A DNA stretch of 64,000 nt from Clostridia bacterium (GTDB lineage Bacteria > Bacillota > Clostridia > Christensenellales > UBA1242): assembly GCA_017452445.1 (NCBI GenBank), contig JAFTMH010000002.1, positions 723-64,722 of the forward strand. The letters run 5' to 3'. Made by a program: the position numbers and the translations under genes. Of the stretch, positions 34,363 to 43,291 are shown one piece after another; within the stretch, counting starts at the first letter, position 1; every line of letters begins with the position of its first letter. Below the pieces are notes generated by a model. That model made no database searches. It saw only the letters and a program-made list of their open reading frames with translations, and had not been told where the DNA came from.

Positions 34363-35151
34363 TCACAATGATTGACATTTCTTAAATATTTCAACAAATT
34401 CGTCAAGCGAAAATGCTTCTGCTCTCTTTGCCAAAACTTCTTCGCCCAAAGTCTCTTTCAATTTTTCTTTTGCATAAACCGAGCCAAGATTGTTGAGCAA
34501 TGTTTTTCTTCTCATTGAAAAACAACTTTTGATAAATTTTAAAAATTTTGCATTGTCAATATCTGCAAATTTACCTTTTTCAAGTTTGATATGCAAAAGT
34601 GCCGAGTCAACATTTGGTGCTGGATAAAACATCTGTCTTTTGATAATTCGAGTTATCTTTGGCGTGCCATAAAAGTTGGTCATGACTGTCAAAATGCCAT
34701 AATCCTTGCCGCCAACGCCAGCACACACTCTTTCGGCAACTTCTTTTTGCACCATGATTGTCAAACTGTCAAGCTTTGTTGAGTTTTCCAAAAGTTTAAA
34801 GATGATTGGAGTTGTGATGTAATACGGCAAGTTTGCAACCACTTTGTAGTCGCCGTCAAACTTCGCTTCAACATCTTTCAAATCACAATCCATAAAATCG
34901 CCAAAAACAAACTCAACATTCTTCAAATTCAAATCTAAAAGATGTTGTTGCAAATCTTTGTCAATTTCAAAAGAAACAACTTTTTGTGCATTTTCGCTTA
35001 AAACAGTTGTCAAACTTCCTGCGCCAGCACCAATTTCAAGCACTTGGCTGTCAGACGAAACTTCGGCATCAGTTGCAATTGCATTAAGCAAATTTTTGTC
35101 ACTTATAAAGTTTTGTCCAAACTTTTTCTTAAAAACAAAATCTTCTTTCAT
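34363..35151 (-). CDS. rsmA: 16S rRNA (adenine1518/1519-N6)-dimethyltransferase RsmA/KsgA
   Basis: 262 aa with KKFGQNFI, the SAM motif VLEIGAGAGSLT and NLPYYITTPI. Its ATG overlaps the tatD stop (ATGA). Confidence 0.93.
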   Translation of the reverse strand: MKEDFVFKKKFGQNFISDKNLLNAIATDAEVSSDSQVLEIGAGAGSLTTVLSENAQKVVSFEIDKDLQQHLLDLNLKNVEFVFGDFMDCDLKDVEAKFDGDYKVVANLPYYITTPIIFKLLENSTKLDSLTIMVQKEVAERVCAGVGGKDYGILTVMTNFYGTPKITRIIKRQMFYPAPNVDSALLHIKLEKGKFADIDNAKFLKFIKSCFSMRRKTLLNNLGSVYAKEKLKETLGEEVLAKRAEAFSLDEFVEIFKKCQSL

Positions 35152-35909
35152 ATCCCAAACAACCTCTTCGCATTTTCAGTGGTCTTCTCGGCCACTTCTT
35201 CAATTGTCATATTTTTGATTCTGGCAATCATATCTGCCACATAAACAACATTTTTAGGTTCGTTTCTTTTACCCCTAAATGGCACTGGTGTCAAATATGG
35301 ACAATCCGTTTCAAGCAAAATCTTTTCAATAGGCAAACTCTTTACCACTTCAACTGCAGTTTTTGCATTTGAAAAGGTCACAACTCCACCAAACGAAAAC
35401 GAAAAACCTAAATCCATCAAAATTTTTGCACTTTCCACACTGCCACTATAACAATGAAGCAAACTCTCTTTGTTTGGACGATTGTTTTTCAAAATTTCTA
35501 TAGTGTCGCCCATCGCCTCTCTGCTGTGCACAACAATCGGCAAATTCAATTTGTTTGCAAGATTTATTTGATCAACAAAAATTTGCTTCTGTTTTTCCTT
35601 TGTGTCTTGGCGCCAATAATAATCCAACCCAATCTCTCCAATTGCCACAATTTTGCTATTTTTTGACAAATTTTCGAGGTTTTTGATTGTTTCTTCACTC
35701 CACTCTTCAACATTTTCTGGGTGAATGCCAACATTTGCATAAACTTGATTAAGCCTTTTTGAAAGGTCAACTGCTTGTTGCGACGATAAAAGATTATAGG
35801 CCGAACAAATTATCTTGCCGACCCCACTTTCTTCTGCCCTTGCAACAACCTGCTCAACATCATCAAACTTTTGATCCGTAAGATGAGCATGCACATCAAC
35901 CATTTTCAT
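35148..35909 (-). CDS. tatD: TatD-family metal-dependent deoxyribonuclease/hydrolase
   Basis: MKMVDVHAHL…GIHP…AIGEIGLDY…VVHSR…LHCYSG…ETDCPYL are the canonical TatD motifs. The 101 aa upstream in the track ORF have no support. Confidence 0.9.
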   Translation of the reverse strand: MKMVDVHAHLTDQKFDDVEQVVARAEESGVGKIICSAYNLLSSQQAVDLSKRLNQVYANVGIHPENVEEWSEETIKNLENLSKNSKIVAIGEIGLDYYWRQDTKEKQKQIFVDQINLANKLNLPIVVHSREAMGDTIEILKNNRPNKESLLHCYSGSVESAKILMDLGFSFSFGGVVTFSNAKTAVEVVKSLPIEKILLETDCPYLTPVPFRGKRNEPKNVVYVADMIARIKNMTIEEVAEKTTENAKRLFGI

Positions 35910-35915
35910 AACCAA

Positions 35916-35944
35916 AGTATAACAAAACACAAAAAACAAGTCAA
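35916..35944 (-). promoter_or_regulatory. promoter predicting a leaderless tatD-rsmA mRNA
   Basis: Minus strand: TTGACT (35939-35944), a 17-nt spacer ending in TGt, TATACT (35916-35921), 6 nt (ttggtt), ATG (35907-35909). No SD. Confidence 0.6.
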
Positions 35945-36013
35945 GAAAGAGTTGTTGATTGCTTGTATAGTGGTTAATCTTCTTTTTTATGCAACAAAAG
36001 CATAAATAAATAT

Positions 36014-36592
36014 ATGAATATCTTTTGGACGATAATGATGCTTGCAAGCATTTTGGTTTTGCTTGTGACAAATCCATCTGCAATGCTAAGCGAAATGATT
36101 GGCTCATCAACTCAAGCGCTTGATTTGTGCATAGAACTTTGCGCCATTTATGTGATATGGCTTGGCTTTGTCGAACTTTTAGATGCAAGTGGACTAAGCG
36201 AAAAGCTTGCAAAACTTTTAAGACCCCTTATCAAAAAAATTTTCAAAGTTGACAACAGCGAAATTCAAAAAATAATTGCCCTAAACCTGTCTGCAAACAT
36301 GCTTGGCATCGGCAATGCCTCAACCCCAATGGGCATCCGGGCAATGAATGCGCTTGATGACAAATCGGGCAAGGCAAATTTTTCGATGATAATGCTCATT
36401 GTCATAAATGCAACATCTATTCAACTTCTACCTACAACAATAATTGGCTTGCGAACAAGTGCTGGTTCGCAAAATCCTGCCGACATAATTATACCAACCC
36501 TAATTGCAACAATTTGCACAACGCTTCTAGGGATTTTTCTTGTCCACCTAATAGACAAAATCAAAAACAAATGCAAAAGGAGAAGAAAATGA
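36014..36592 (+). CDS. spmA: nucleoside-recognition (Gate) domain membrane protein, SpmA-like
   Basis: 192-aa polytopic membrane protein with …NMLGIGNASTPMGIRAM… typical of SpmA. It is paired with an SpmB-like gene through an ATGA overlap. Confidence 0.7.
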   Translation: MNIFWTIMMLASILVLLVTNPSAMLSEMIGSSTQALDLCIELCAIYVIWLGFVELLDASGLSEKLAKLLRPLIKKIFKVDNSEIQKIIALNLSANMLGIGNASTPMGIRAMNALDDKSGKANFSMIMLIVINATSIQLLPTTIIGLRTSAGSQNPADIIIPTLIATICTTLLGIFLVHLIDKIKNKCKRRRK

Positions 36593-37095
36593 GCAACTAC
36601 ATTCTCCCAATTTTGTTTTTGTTTTTAATTTTGTATTGCATCTACAAAAAAATCAACACTTACGATCACTTTGTCAAAGGTGCAAAAGGTGCAATAAAGT
36701 TGGTTGTTGAAATTTTTCCGTTTATTGCATCTATTTTGATTGCAGTCGCCCTATTGAGAGTGAGTGGCATAACTTCTTTTCTTGTCAAGATAATCTCTCC
36801 CGTTTTCAAACTTCTTGGCATACCACCCCAACTTTGCGAACTTATAATTCTGCGCCCTTTCACTGGAAGTGGAAGTTATGGAATTTTGGAAAACATTTTC
36901 TCGACTTATGGCGCTGACAGTTATATCTCTCGTTGCGCAAGCGTCATCATGGGGTGCAGTGAAACAATTTTTTATGTCGCAACAATTTATATCTCTCAAA
37001 CAAAAGTAAAAAAACTTTTATATGCTATCCCCGTTGCACTGTTTTGTTCGTTTGTCGGCACAATCATTGCTTGTTTGCTTTGTCGAGTAATTTAA
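36589..37095 (+). CDS. spmB: nucleoside-recognition domain membrane protein, SpmB-like
   Basis: MSNYILPILFLF… follows SD AAGGAGAAG. It contains …RPFTGSGSYGIL… and CSETIFYV, typical of SpmB. The track start at 36514 is upstream in the spmA overlap. Confidence 0.7.
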   Translation: MSNYILPILFLFLILYCIYKKINTYDHFVKGAKGAIKLVVEIFPFIASILIAVALLRVSGITSFLVKIISPVFKLLGIPPQLCELIILRPFTGSGSYGILENIFSTYGADSYISRCASVIMGCSETIFYVATIYISQTKVKKLLYAIPVALFCSFVGTIIACLLCRVI

Positions 37096-37165
37096 TCAAA
37101 ATTAAATAAAAACAAAAATTAAATAAAATAAAATTAAAATAATCCAAAAATATTATTTAAATAAC

Positions 37166-37192
37166 AAAAAAACTGCAAAAAATGCAGTTTTT
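37166..37192 (+). terminator. bidirectional intrinsic terminator in a ~195-bp, ~90% AT convergent spacer
   Basis: Stem ACTGCA (37172-37177) / TGCAGT (37183-37188) with loop AAAAA, flanked by A7 and T5. Confidence 0.7.
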
Positions 37193-37289
37193 ATTATTTT
37201 TTATTATTTTTAATTGTTTTTTTAATATTTTTGCAATATTTTATATATTTTCAATTTTTGTCGATTTTTTGCAATTATTTTCAAACAAT

Positions 37290-38006
37290 TTATTTTATAT
37301 TTTTTGTATGCAATTTTTCTAAATAATTTCCGTTTGTTTCATTGGTAATCAAATTGGGCAAAACCTTTGTCCCAAACTTTCCATTTTTGACAGCTTTGCA
37401 AACAAACAACTTTACTTCGCCTTTGCCGTTTTCTGTAAAAAACATTTCTTTGACAGCCAACGCATTGTTTTGACACAACGAGATCAATTCGCAACTTCTC
37501 TCTGCTGGAAAACAACACCAAAACGCCCCACCGTCTTTAAGCATTTTGCCAGCCACTGCAACAAGTTGCTCAGCAGTCAAACAAACTTCTTCTTTTGCAA
37601 TTTGTTTAACCCTGTCTTGTTTGAAATCCGTTTTTTTGAAATAAGGTGGATTTGAAACAATCACATCAACACTTGCAGGTGCAATATGTTGTTTAAAATT
37701 GTTTACATCATCTCTTATCAAAACAATTTTATCCTGCAAATTGTTTAATTTGATGTTTTTTTCGCACAAATCCTGCATTTGGGGTTGAATTTCAAAAGCA
37801 TAGATTTTGTTTAGTTTGTTTTTTGCTTGAAGCAAGATTGAAATTACTCCACTTCCAGCGCCGATTTCAACGACAACATCCTTCGCTTTTGTTTTTGCAT
37901 AATTTGCAAGCACTACACTGTCAGAAGTAAATGTGTAAAGTTTTTTGTTTTGAATTATTTTCAATCCTTGGCATTGCAAATCTTCAATTCTTTCATCTAA
38001 ACTCAT
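37290..38006 (-). CDS. SAM-dependent N6-adenine methyltransferase, tRNA1(Val) m6A37 TrmN6/YabB-like
   Basis: It has the SAM motif VVEIGAGSGVISI and the catalytic NPPY (VSNPPYFK). It occupies the position of B. subtilis yabB downstream of holB-yaaT. Confidence 0.7.
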   Translation of the reverse strand: MSLDERIEDLQCQGLKIIQNKKLYTFTSDSVVLANYAKTKAKDVVVEIGAGSGVISILLQAKNKLNKIYAFEIQPQMQDLCEKNIKLNNLQDKIVLIRDDVNNFKQHIAPASVDVIVSNPPYFKKTDFKQDRVKQIAKEEVCLTAEQLVAVAGKMLKDGGAFWCCFPAERSCELISLCQNNALAVKEMFFTENGKGEVKLFVCKAVKNGKFGTKVLPNLITNETNGNYLEKLHTKNIK

Positions 38007-38824
38007 TTGTTTTCCTTTTTGAAAGAAATTTCTTCAAGTTTGTAAGTTTTGATTTCTACATCATCACCTTTTACAAATTTTACATCAACTTCTCTGTCCA
38101 AAAGATTGTTGTAAACAACATTTCCACTGCCGTCTTTTGTTGAAACACTTGATCCAACTTTTGGCATAACTTTGATTGACTCTTGATAAGTTGCGTTTTC
38201 GTAAGCTATACAGCACATAAGTTTGCCACAAAGTCCACTTATGCTTGCAGGGTTGAGTGAAAGGTTTTGATTTTTTGCCATCTTCATAGAAACATGGTCA
38301 AACTCTCCAAAATTTTGCACACAACAGCAGATTTTTCCACAAGGACCAAATCCTCCAAGCATGCGCACTTCGTCACGACTGCCAATTTGGCGAAGTTCTA
38401 CTCTCTTTTTCATAAGTTCGGCAAGTTTTTTAACCAAATCTCTAAAATCCACACGGTTTTCGGCCGTAAAGTTTACAATATATCTCGAATTGTCATAACT
38501 AGCTTCAACCTTTACAACTTTCATTTCAAGTTTTGCTTCTTTTACAAGTTTTTTGACTTGTGGATAAAACTTGTTTGCTTCTTCATCATATTTTTCAGCT
38601 TTTTCAACCATTTCTTTGCTTGCCACTTTCAAAACCTTTTTGAGTGGCGAAACCAAATCTTCCGAATTGATAACATCTTTTTCTTTGACAATACAGCCAA
38701 GGTCTGTGCCTTTTTCTGTGTCTACCAAAACATAATCCCCATTTTTAAGTTTAAGGTCGTTTGGGTCAAAAGAATAAACATGGTTGCTGCTTTTAAATTT
38801 TACTCCAACAACTTCTATTTGCAT
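38003..38824 (-). CDS. ricT: PSP1-domain protein RicT/YaaT
   Basis: 273 aa, with the Cys cluster GFGPCGKICCC…GLCGKLMCC typical of YaaT/RicT. SD GGAGGT. It overlaps the holB 3' end. Confidence 0.85.
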   Translation of the reverse strand: MQIEVVGVKFKSSNHVYSFDPNDLKLKNGDYVLVDTEKGTDLGCIVKEKDVINSEDLVSPLKKVLKVASKEMVEKAEKYDEEANKFYPQVKKLVKEAKLEMKVVKVEASYDNSRYIVNFTAENRVDFRDLVKKLAELMKKRVELRQIGSRDEVRMLGGFGPCGKICCCVQNFGEFDHVSMKMAKNQNLSLNPASISGLCGKLMCCIAYENATYQESIKVMPKVGSSVSTKDGSGNVVYNNLLDREVDVKFVKGDDVEIKTYKLEEISFKKENK

Positions 38825-39771
38825 AAGTATTTTACCTCCAACATTTTCAACAAAAAGTTGTCTATTGCAACCGTCAAATTTGCATTAAACTCCAATTTTT
38901 CTCTTAAATTTGACACCAATTTTGAAATTTCACACAGCGCTTCTACCGAAAACTCTGGTTCGGCATCTTGCAATTCTTGTGTAAATGTTGTCAATTTGCA
39001 CAAATTTTCGCTTTCACATTTAAGTTTGAGCATATCTTCTATGCACAAACATGCAATTTCCAAAATTAAATCAAGGTTGTCCTTTTCTTCAATCATTGTT
39101 TTTGAAAATTTGATAACTTGCTTGCTTGATTTAAGTCTTGTAAACAAACTCACAACAAACTCGGTCAATCTTCTCAAGCTGTCATTTTTTTCAAGTTGCA
39201 AAGTTTTTCCAACATAACCCCCACCCAAAACGCAGGCAATTTTGTCTGTCGAAATTGTTGCCATCTCTGCTTGCGACATAGGATTGATTTTGATTTTGTC
39301 GCATCTGCTTCTGATTGTTGGCAACACTTTTTCTTCGCTTTGTGCACTTATCAAAAAGTAAACATTTTTAGGTGGCTCTTCAAGCACTTTCAAGAGTTTG
39401 TTTTGTGCCTCTTGGGTTGAAATGTCAAAATTGTTGATTACAAAAATTTTGTTTTGCATGTTTACCGGCTTTGTGTAAACTTCTGCCACAATTTCGTTTG
39501 AATCTGAAACAAGCAGTTTTTCACCGTTTTTTGGATAGATTTTTATATCCAAATCCACCCCAGATTCAACACGAACAAACTCGGCACTTTTTTCGTTGAA
39601 CAATTCGAATGTGTTGTATTGCAACATCAATGCTGCCAAAATCAATGTTTTTGCACTTGTGATTTTATCTTCGCAAAAAAACAACATCGCATTTGAAAGC
39701 GAATTGTTGTCCTTTTTTTCGATAAGTTTTTGAAAAAAATCTTGATTTTTGATTGTTTCTGTCAAATTCAT
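38815..39771 (-). CDS. holB: DNA polymerase III subunit delta' (HolB)
   Basis: 318 aa with an AAA+-like fold, a degenerate P-loop, LLKVLEEPP and the sensor TIRSRC. It sits in the holB-ricT synteny. Confidence 0.8.
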   Translation of the reverse strand: MNLTETIKNQDFFQKLIEKKDNNSLSNAMLFFCEDKITSAKTLILAALMLQYNTFELFNEKSAEFVRVESGVDLDIKIYPKNGEKLLVSDSNEIVAEVYTKPVNMQNKIFVINNFDISTQEAQNKLLKVLEEPPKNVYFLISAQSEEKVLPTIRSRCDKIKINPMSQAEMATISTDKIACVLGGGYVGKTLQLEKNDSLRRLTEFVVSLFTRLKSSKQVIKFSKTMIEEKDNLDLILEIACLCIEDMLKLKCESENLCKLTTFTQELQDAEPEFSVEALCEISKLVSNLREKLEFNANLTVAIDNFLLKMLEVKYLCK

Positions 39772-39777
39772 ATTATG

Positions 39778-39806
39778 ATTTTATCACACTTTTAGGCAAA
39801 ATGCAA
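39778..39806 (-). promoter_or_regulatory. promoter predicting a leaderless holB mRNA
   Basis: Minus strand: TTGCAT (39801-39806), a 17-nt spacer ending in TGa, TAAAAT (39778-39783), 6 nt (cataat), ATG (39769-39771). No SD. The -35 is the 3' arm of a weak hairpin (ATGCAA/TTGCAT) after the ATPase stop. Confidence 0.6.
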
Positions 39807-39819
39807 AAATAAAATTGCA

Positions 39820-42435
39820 TTATTTGAAATGCAATTTTTTGTTAATCTTTTTTGAAACAACTTTGAAAAGTTCGCCAATAAAAATGATTGACACTGACAA
39901 CACAATAACCACCAACCAACACAACCAATCAAGTTTTGTCAGTTTGAGCATGTCTGACAAACCGGTTGTGGCAATAAGCGTTAGCAAGCCAAAACCAACA
40001 ACAAGCGACAGATTGAAAAATTTGTTTTTAAATGGATTGCTTTTGAAACAGTTTTCGTTTGTGCGAGCTGTAAACATATAAAAAAGTTGAATAAAGTTGA
40101 GTGTGTAAAACGCCATAGTGATTGCAACCGGTTCTCCACCTGTGAAATAACCGAAAAAATACGCAACCATTGTCAAAATTGTTTGCACTGCACCAAGCAC
40201 AACAATGCTTGCGCCTACTCCGTTTGAAAACAGTGATGCCACCTTGCTTCGCGGCGGATCTTTCATTATCCCTTTTTCAACCCGTTCGATCCCCAAAGCA
40301 ATTGCTGGCAAAGAATCAGTAATAAGGTTTACAAACAAAATCTGCACAGGAAGCAAAAAAGTTAGCCCAGGGCACAAAATTGTCACAAAAAACAGCGCCA
40401 AAATCTCTGCCATGTTTGCAGAAAACAAATATTTGATTGTTTTTTGAATGTTGCTGTAAATTTTTCGTCCTTCTTCAACAGCCACAACAATTGTCGCAAA
40501 GTTGTCATCTGTGACAATAACATCTGCCACTTCTTTTGCAACATCTGTGCCTGAAATGCCCATGCCAAGACCAATGTCGGCGGCTTTTAAACTTGGTGCA
40601 TCGTTGACACCATCTCCTGTCATCGAAACTATATGCCCATTTTGTTTGAGTGCTTGCACGATGCGAACTTTGTGTGCAGGTCCAACTCTGGCAAAAACAT
40701 TTTTTGTTTCCACCATTCGCAAAAAATCTTGGTCGTTGCACATATCAATTTCTTCACCCGAAACCACTTGCGACAAATCATGAGCAATGCCAACTTGCCT
40801 GGCTATCGAAAAGGCAGTTTCTTTGTAGTCGCCGGTTATCATCACAGTTCTCAATCCTGCACTTTTACACTTTTCCACAGCAGATGCAACTTCTTTGCGT
40901 GGTGGATCTTGTATGCCACACAAGCCAAGAAAAACAAATTTTTCTTCTTTTATTTCTTGGCAATCCACATCTTTAAAAGCAAACGAAATCACACGCAAGG
41001 CATCTTTGCACATTTGAGAATTTTGTTTTTCGATTTTCTTTTTCAAACTTTCATCAAGTGCGACAATTTTCCCGTCAACCACACACCTGTCGCAATTTTT
41101 GAAAACTCTGTCCAATGCACCTTTCATATAACAAACTTTTTTGTCGTCAACGACATTCATTGTGGTCATAAGTTTTCGTTGTGAAGAAAACGAAATTTCT
41201 GCCATTCTTGCAAACCGTTTGTCTAAATTGCTTTTTTCATACCCTTGCAATTTTGCATAGTTTGCCAAAGCAACTTCTGTCGAACTGCCCACATAGCCAC
41301 CATCGCCTACAGCAGCATCATTGCACAATGTCATACATTTGCAAAAAGTGTCAAAAAATTGAGAATTTTTGTCAAAAAACATAAAAGTTTTTTCAACATT
41401 CATTTTGTTTTGTGTGATTGTGCCAGTCTTGTCCGAACACACAACATCGCAAGCGCCCAAAGTTTCGACTGCATGCATGCGCTTGACAATCGCTTTTTGC
41501 TTTGAAAGCTTAGCAATCCCCAAACTCATAATTATTGTGATAACTGCCGGCATACTTTCAGGGATTGCCGCAACAGAAATTGCAACTGCTGTCAAAAATG
41601 CTTGCAAAATCTCATTTGGATTTGCAATCACTTCAAGCACAAAGGTTACACTCGCAACAAGCAAAACAAGATAAGTCAAAACCTTGCCCACGCCTTGAAT
41701 GCTTTTTTGAAGTGGAGTGAGTTGTTTTTTCGTCTCTTTCAAACTTTCAGCAATTTTTCCGAGTTCGCTGTCAGAGCCCAGTGCAACAACAACCCCTTTG
41801 GCATGTCCACCTTCGACAACACTGCCGGCAAATGCCATGTTTTTTTGATCACCCAAAGCAATTTCTTTGGCAAAAATCACATCACAATCTTTGCTTACGG
41901 GTTCGCTTTCGCCGGTCAAAGCCGATTCGTTTATCTTCAAATTTACACTTTCAATCAACCTTAAATCTGCAGGCACAATGCTTCCTGCTGACAAGTTTAC
42001 AATATCCCCAAAAACCACGTCACTTGTTTTGATTTTGCACAACTTGCCTTCACGCACAACAAAAGTTTCTGGTTGCGACATTTTGCGCAAACTGTCAATC
42101 GCTTTTTCACTTTTTCGCTCTTGATAAACACCAAAAAGTGCATTCATGACAACTATCCCCAAGATTATGCTTCCATCAACTATCTCACCAACACCATCTT
42201 CAACAATGCCGATGATTATGGAAATCACACCTGACACCAACAAAACCACAACCATCAAATCTTTAAGTTGAAGCAAAAATTTGACGAATATTGATTGCTT
42301 TTTTGCAGATTTTATCAACTTTTTTTGACTTTCTGCACTTCTTTTTGCGACTTCACTTTCGCTTAGTCCATCACAACCAACGGCAAACTGTTGCATACAT
42401 TCGTTTTTGCTTTTTTGATAATATTTTTGTTGCAT
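39820..42435 (-). CDS. P-type ATPase, Ca2+-transporting (type IIA, SERCA/PMCA-like)
   Basis: 871 aa with TGES, the phosphorylation site CSDKTGTITQN, MITGD and MTGDGVNDAPSLKAADIGLGMG, plus about 10 TM helices. Confidence 0.92.
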   Translation of the reverse strand: MQQKYYQKSKNECMQQFAVGCDGLSESEVAKRSAESQKKLIKSAKKQSIFVKFLLQLKDLMVVVLLVSGVISIIIGIVEDGVGEIVDGSIILGIVVMNALFGVYQERKSEKAIDSLRKMSQPETFVVREGKLCKIKTSDVVFGDIVNLSAGSIVPADLRLIESVNLKINESALTGESEPVSKDCDVIFAKEIALGDQKNMAFAGSVVEGGHAKGVVVALGSDSELGKIAESLKETKKQLTPLQKSIQGVGKVLTYLVLLVASVTFVLEVIANPNEILQAFLTAVAISVAAIPESMPAVITIIMSLGIAKLSKQKAIVKRMHAVETLGACDVVCSDKTGTITQNKMNVEKTFMFFDKNSQFFDTFCKCMTLCNDAAVGDGGYVGSSTEVALANYAKLQGYEKSNLDKRFARMAEISFSSQRKLMTTMNVVDDKKVCYMKGALDRVFKNCDRCVVDGKIVALDESLKKKIEKQNSQMCKDALRVISFAFKDVDCQEIKEEKFVFLGLCGIQDPPRKEVASAVEKCKSAGLRTVMITGDYKETAFSIARQVGIAHDLSQVVSGEEIDMCNDQDFLRMVETKNVFARVGPAHKVRIVQALKQNGHIVSMTGDGVNDAPSLKAADIGLGMGISGTDVAKEVADVIVTDDNFATIVVAVEEGRKIYSNIQKTIKYLFSANMAEILALFFVTILCPGLTFLLPVQILFVNLITDSLPAIALGIERVEKGIMKDPPRSKVASLFSNGVGASIVVLGAVQTILTMVAYFFGYFTGGEPVAITMAFYTLNFIQLFYMFTARTNENCFKSNPFKNKFFNLSLVVGFGLLTLIATTGLSDMLKLTKLDWLCWLVVIVLSVSIIFIGELFKVVSKKINKKLHFK

Positions 42436-42480
42436 TTTTTCTCCTACAACATTTTATTGTTGGAAAAGTTTTTTTATTCA

Positions 42481-43239
42481 CTAAAAGAAAACAAAAAGTG
42501 AAACAATTGAAATAAAAATCAAATAAACCGAAAACCATTTAAGATTTGCCTTTTGGGTAATTTTTATCATAATTTTGATTGCAAAAATGCCAATCAAAAA
42601 TGCAGACAAAAACGAAACGACAAGCCCCCATACTGGCAAGGTGATAGGCTGTTTTGTCGATACAATTTCAAAAATCTCTACAAACAGCGAAACGAAAATG
42701 ATTGGAATTGACATTAAAAACGAAAATTTTGCAACTGATTTTTTGTCACCACCAGCAAGCAGACCTGCACTTATGGTTGTGCCAGATCTTGACAATCCCG
42801 GAAATATTGCAAACCCCTGCGCAATCCCCATCGAAATCGCAGTTTTGTTGTTGAGTTTGATTTGTTTGTTTTTTGACAAAACTTCTCCCAAAAACAAAAT
42901 TGCAGCCGACAATGCAAAACACACAGGCAACAAACTTCCAGAAAAAGATTTTTTGACAAACGGCAAAAAAATCAAAGCCAAAACGCAAGTTGGCAAAGTT
43001 GCAAGAGCGAGCGAGATTGTCTGTTTTGAAAAAGGGTGTCTTATCATCTGCCAAATGTCCTTTGCAAAACAAACAATGATTGAGCAAAGTGTCGCCCCGT
43101 GCAACAAAATGCTGACAAACAAACTTTCTTTGATGCCAAACAATTTTGAAAACAACACCAAATGACCAGAAGAAGAAACCGGCAAAAATTCGGTCAAACC
43201 CTGAAGAATCCCCAAAAAAAATAAAGCAAGGAACTGCAT
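42481..43239 (-). CDS. uppP: undecaprenyl-diphosphate phosphatase
   Basis: 252 aa with LQGLTEFLPVSSSGHL and PGLSRSGTTI. SD AAGGAGAA, with a perfect TATAAT at 43258-43263 upstream. Confidence 0.93.
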   Translation of the reverse strand: MQFLALFFLGILQGLTEFLPVSSSGHLVLFSKLFGIKESLFVSILLHGATLCSIIVCFAKDIWQMIRHPFSKQTISLALATLPTCVLALIFLPFVKKSFSGSLLPVCFALSAAILFLGEVLSKNKQIKLNNKTAISMGIAQGFAIFPGLSRSGTTISAGLLAGGDKKSVAKFSFLMSIPIIFVSLFVEIFEIVSTKQPITLPVWGLVVSFLSAFLIGIFAIKIMIKITQKANLKWFSVYLIFISIVSLFVFF

Positions 43240-43291
43240 AACATTCTCCTTGCTTTATTATATTAAGATTTTTTCAAATTATTTGAAACAA

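Noticed and set aside
21905-42000. Long antisense ORFs opposite housekeeping genes: 21905-22786 (argS), 27253-27804 (pgk), 28743-29297 (dus), 30426-31001 (flippase), 31901-32641 and 33007-33660, 38267-39217 (ricT/holB), 40633-41184 (ATPase), and also 42575-43165 (uppP) and 62179-62742 (trpS)
   Set aside because: The opposite-strand genes have unmistakable conserved motifs. The antisense translations are low-complexity and lack SDs. 31901-32641 merely mirrors the G/K/P-rich repeat as P/S/F-rich sequence.
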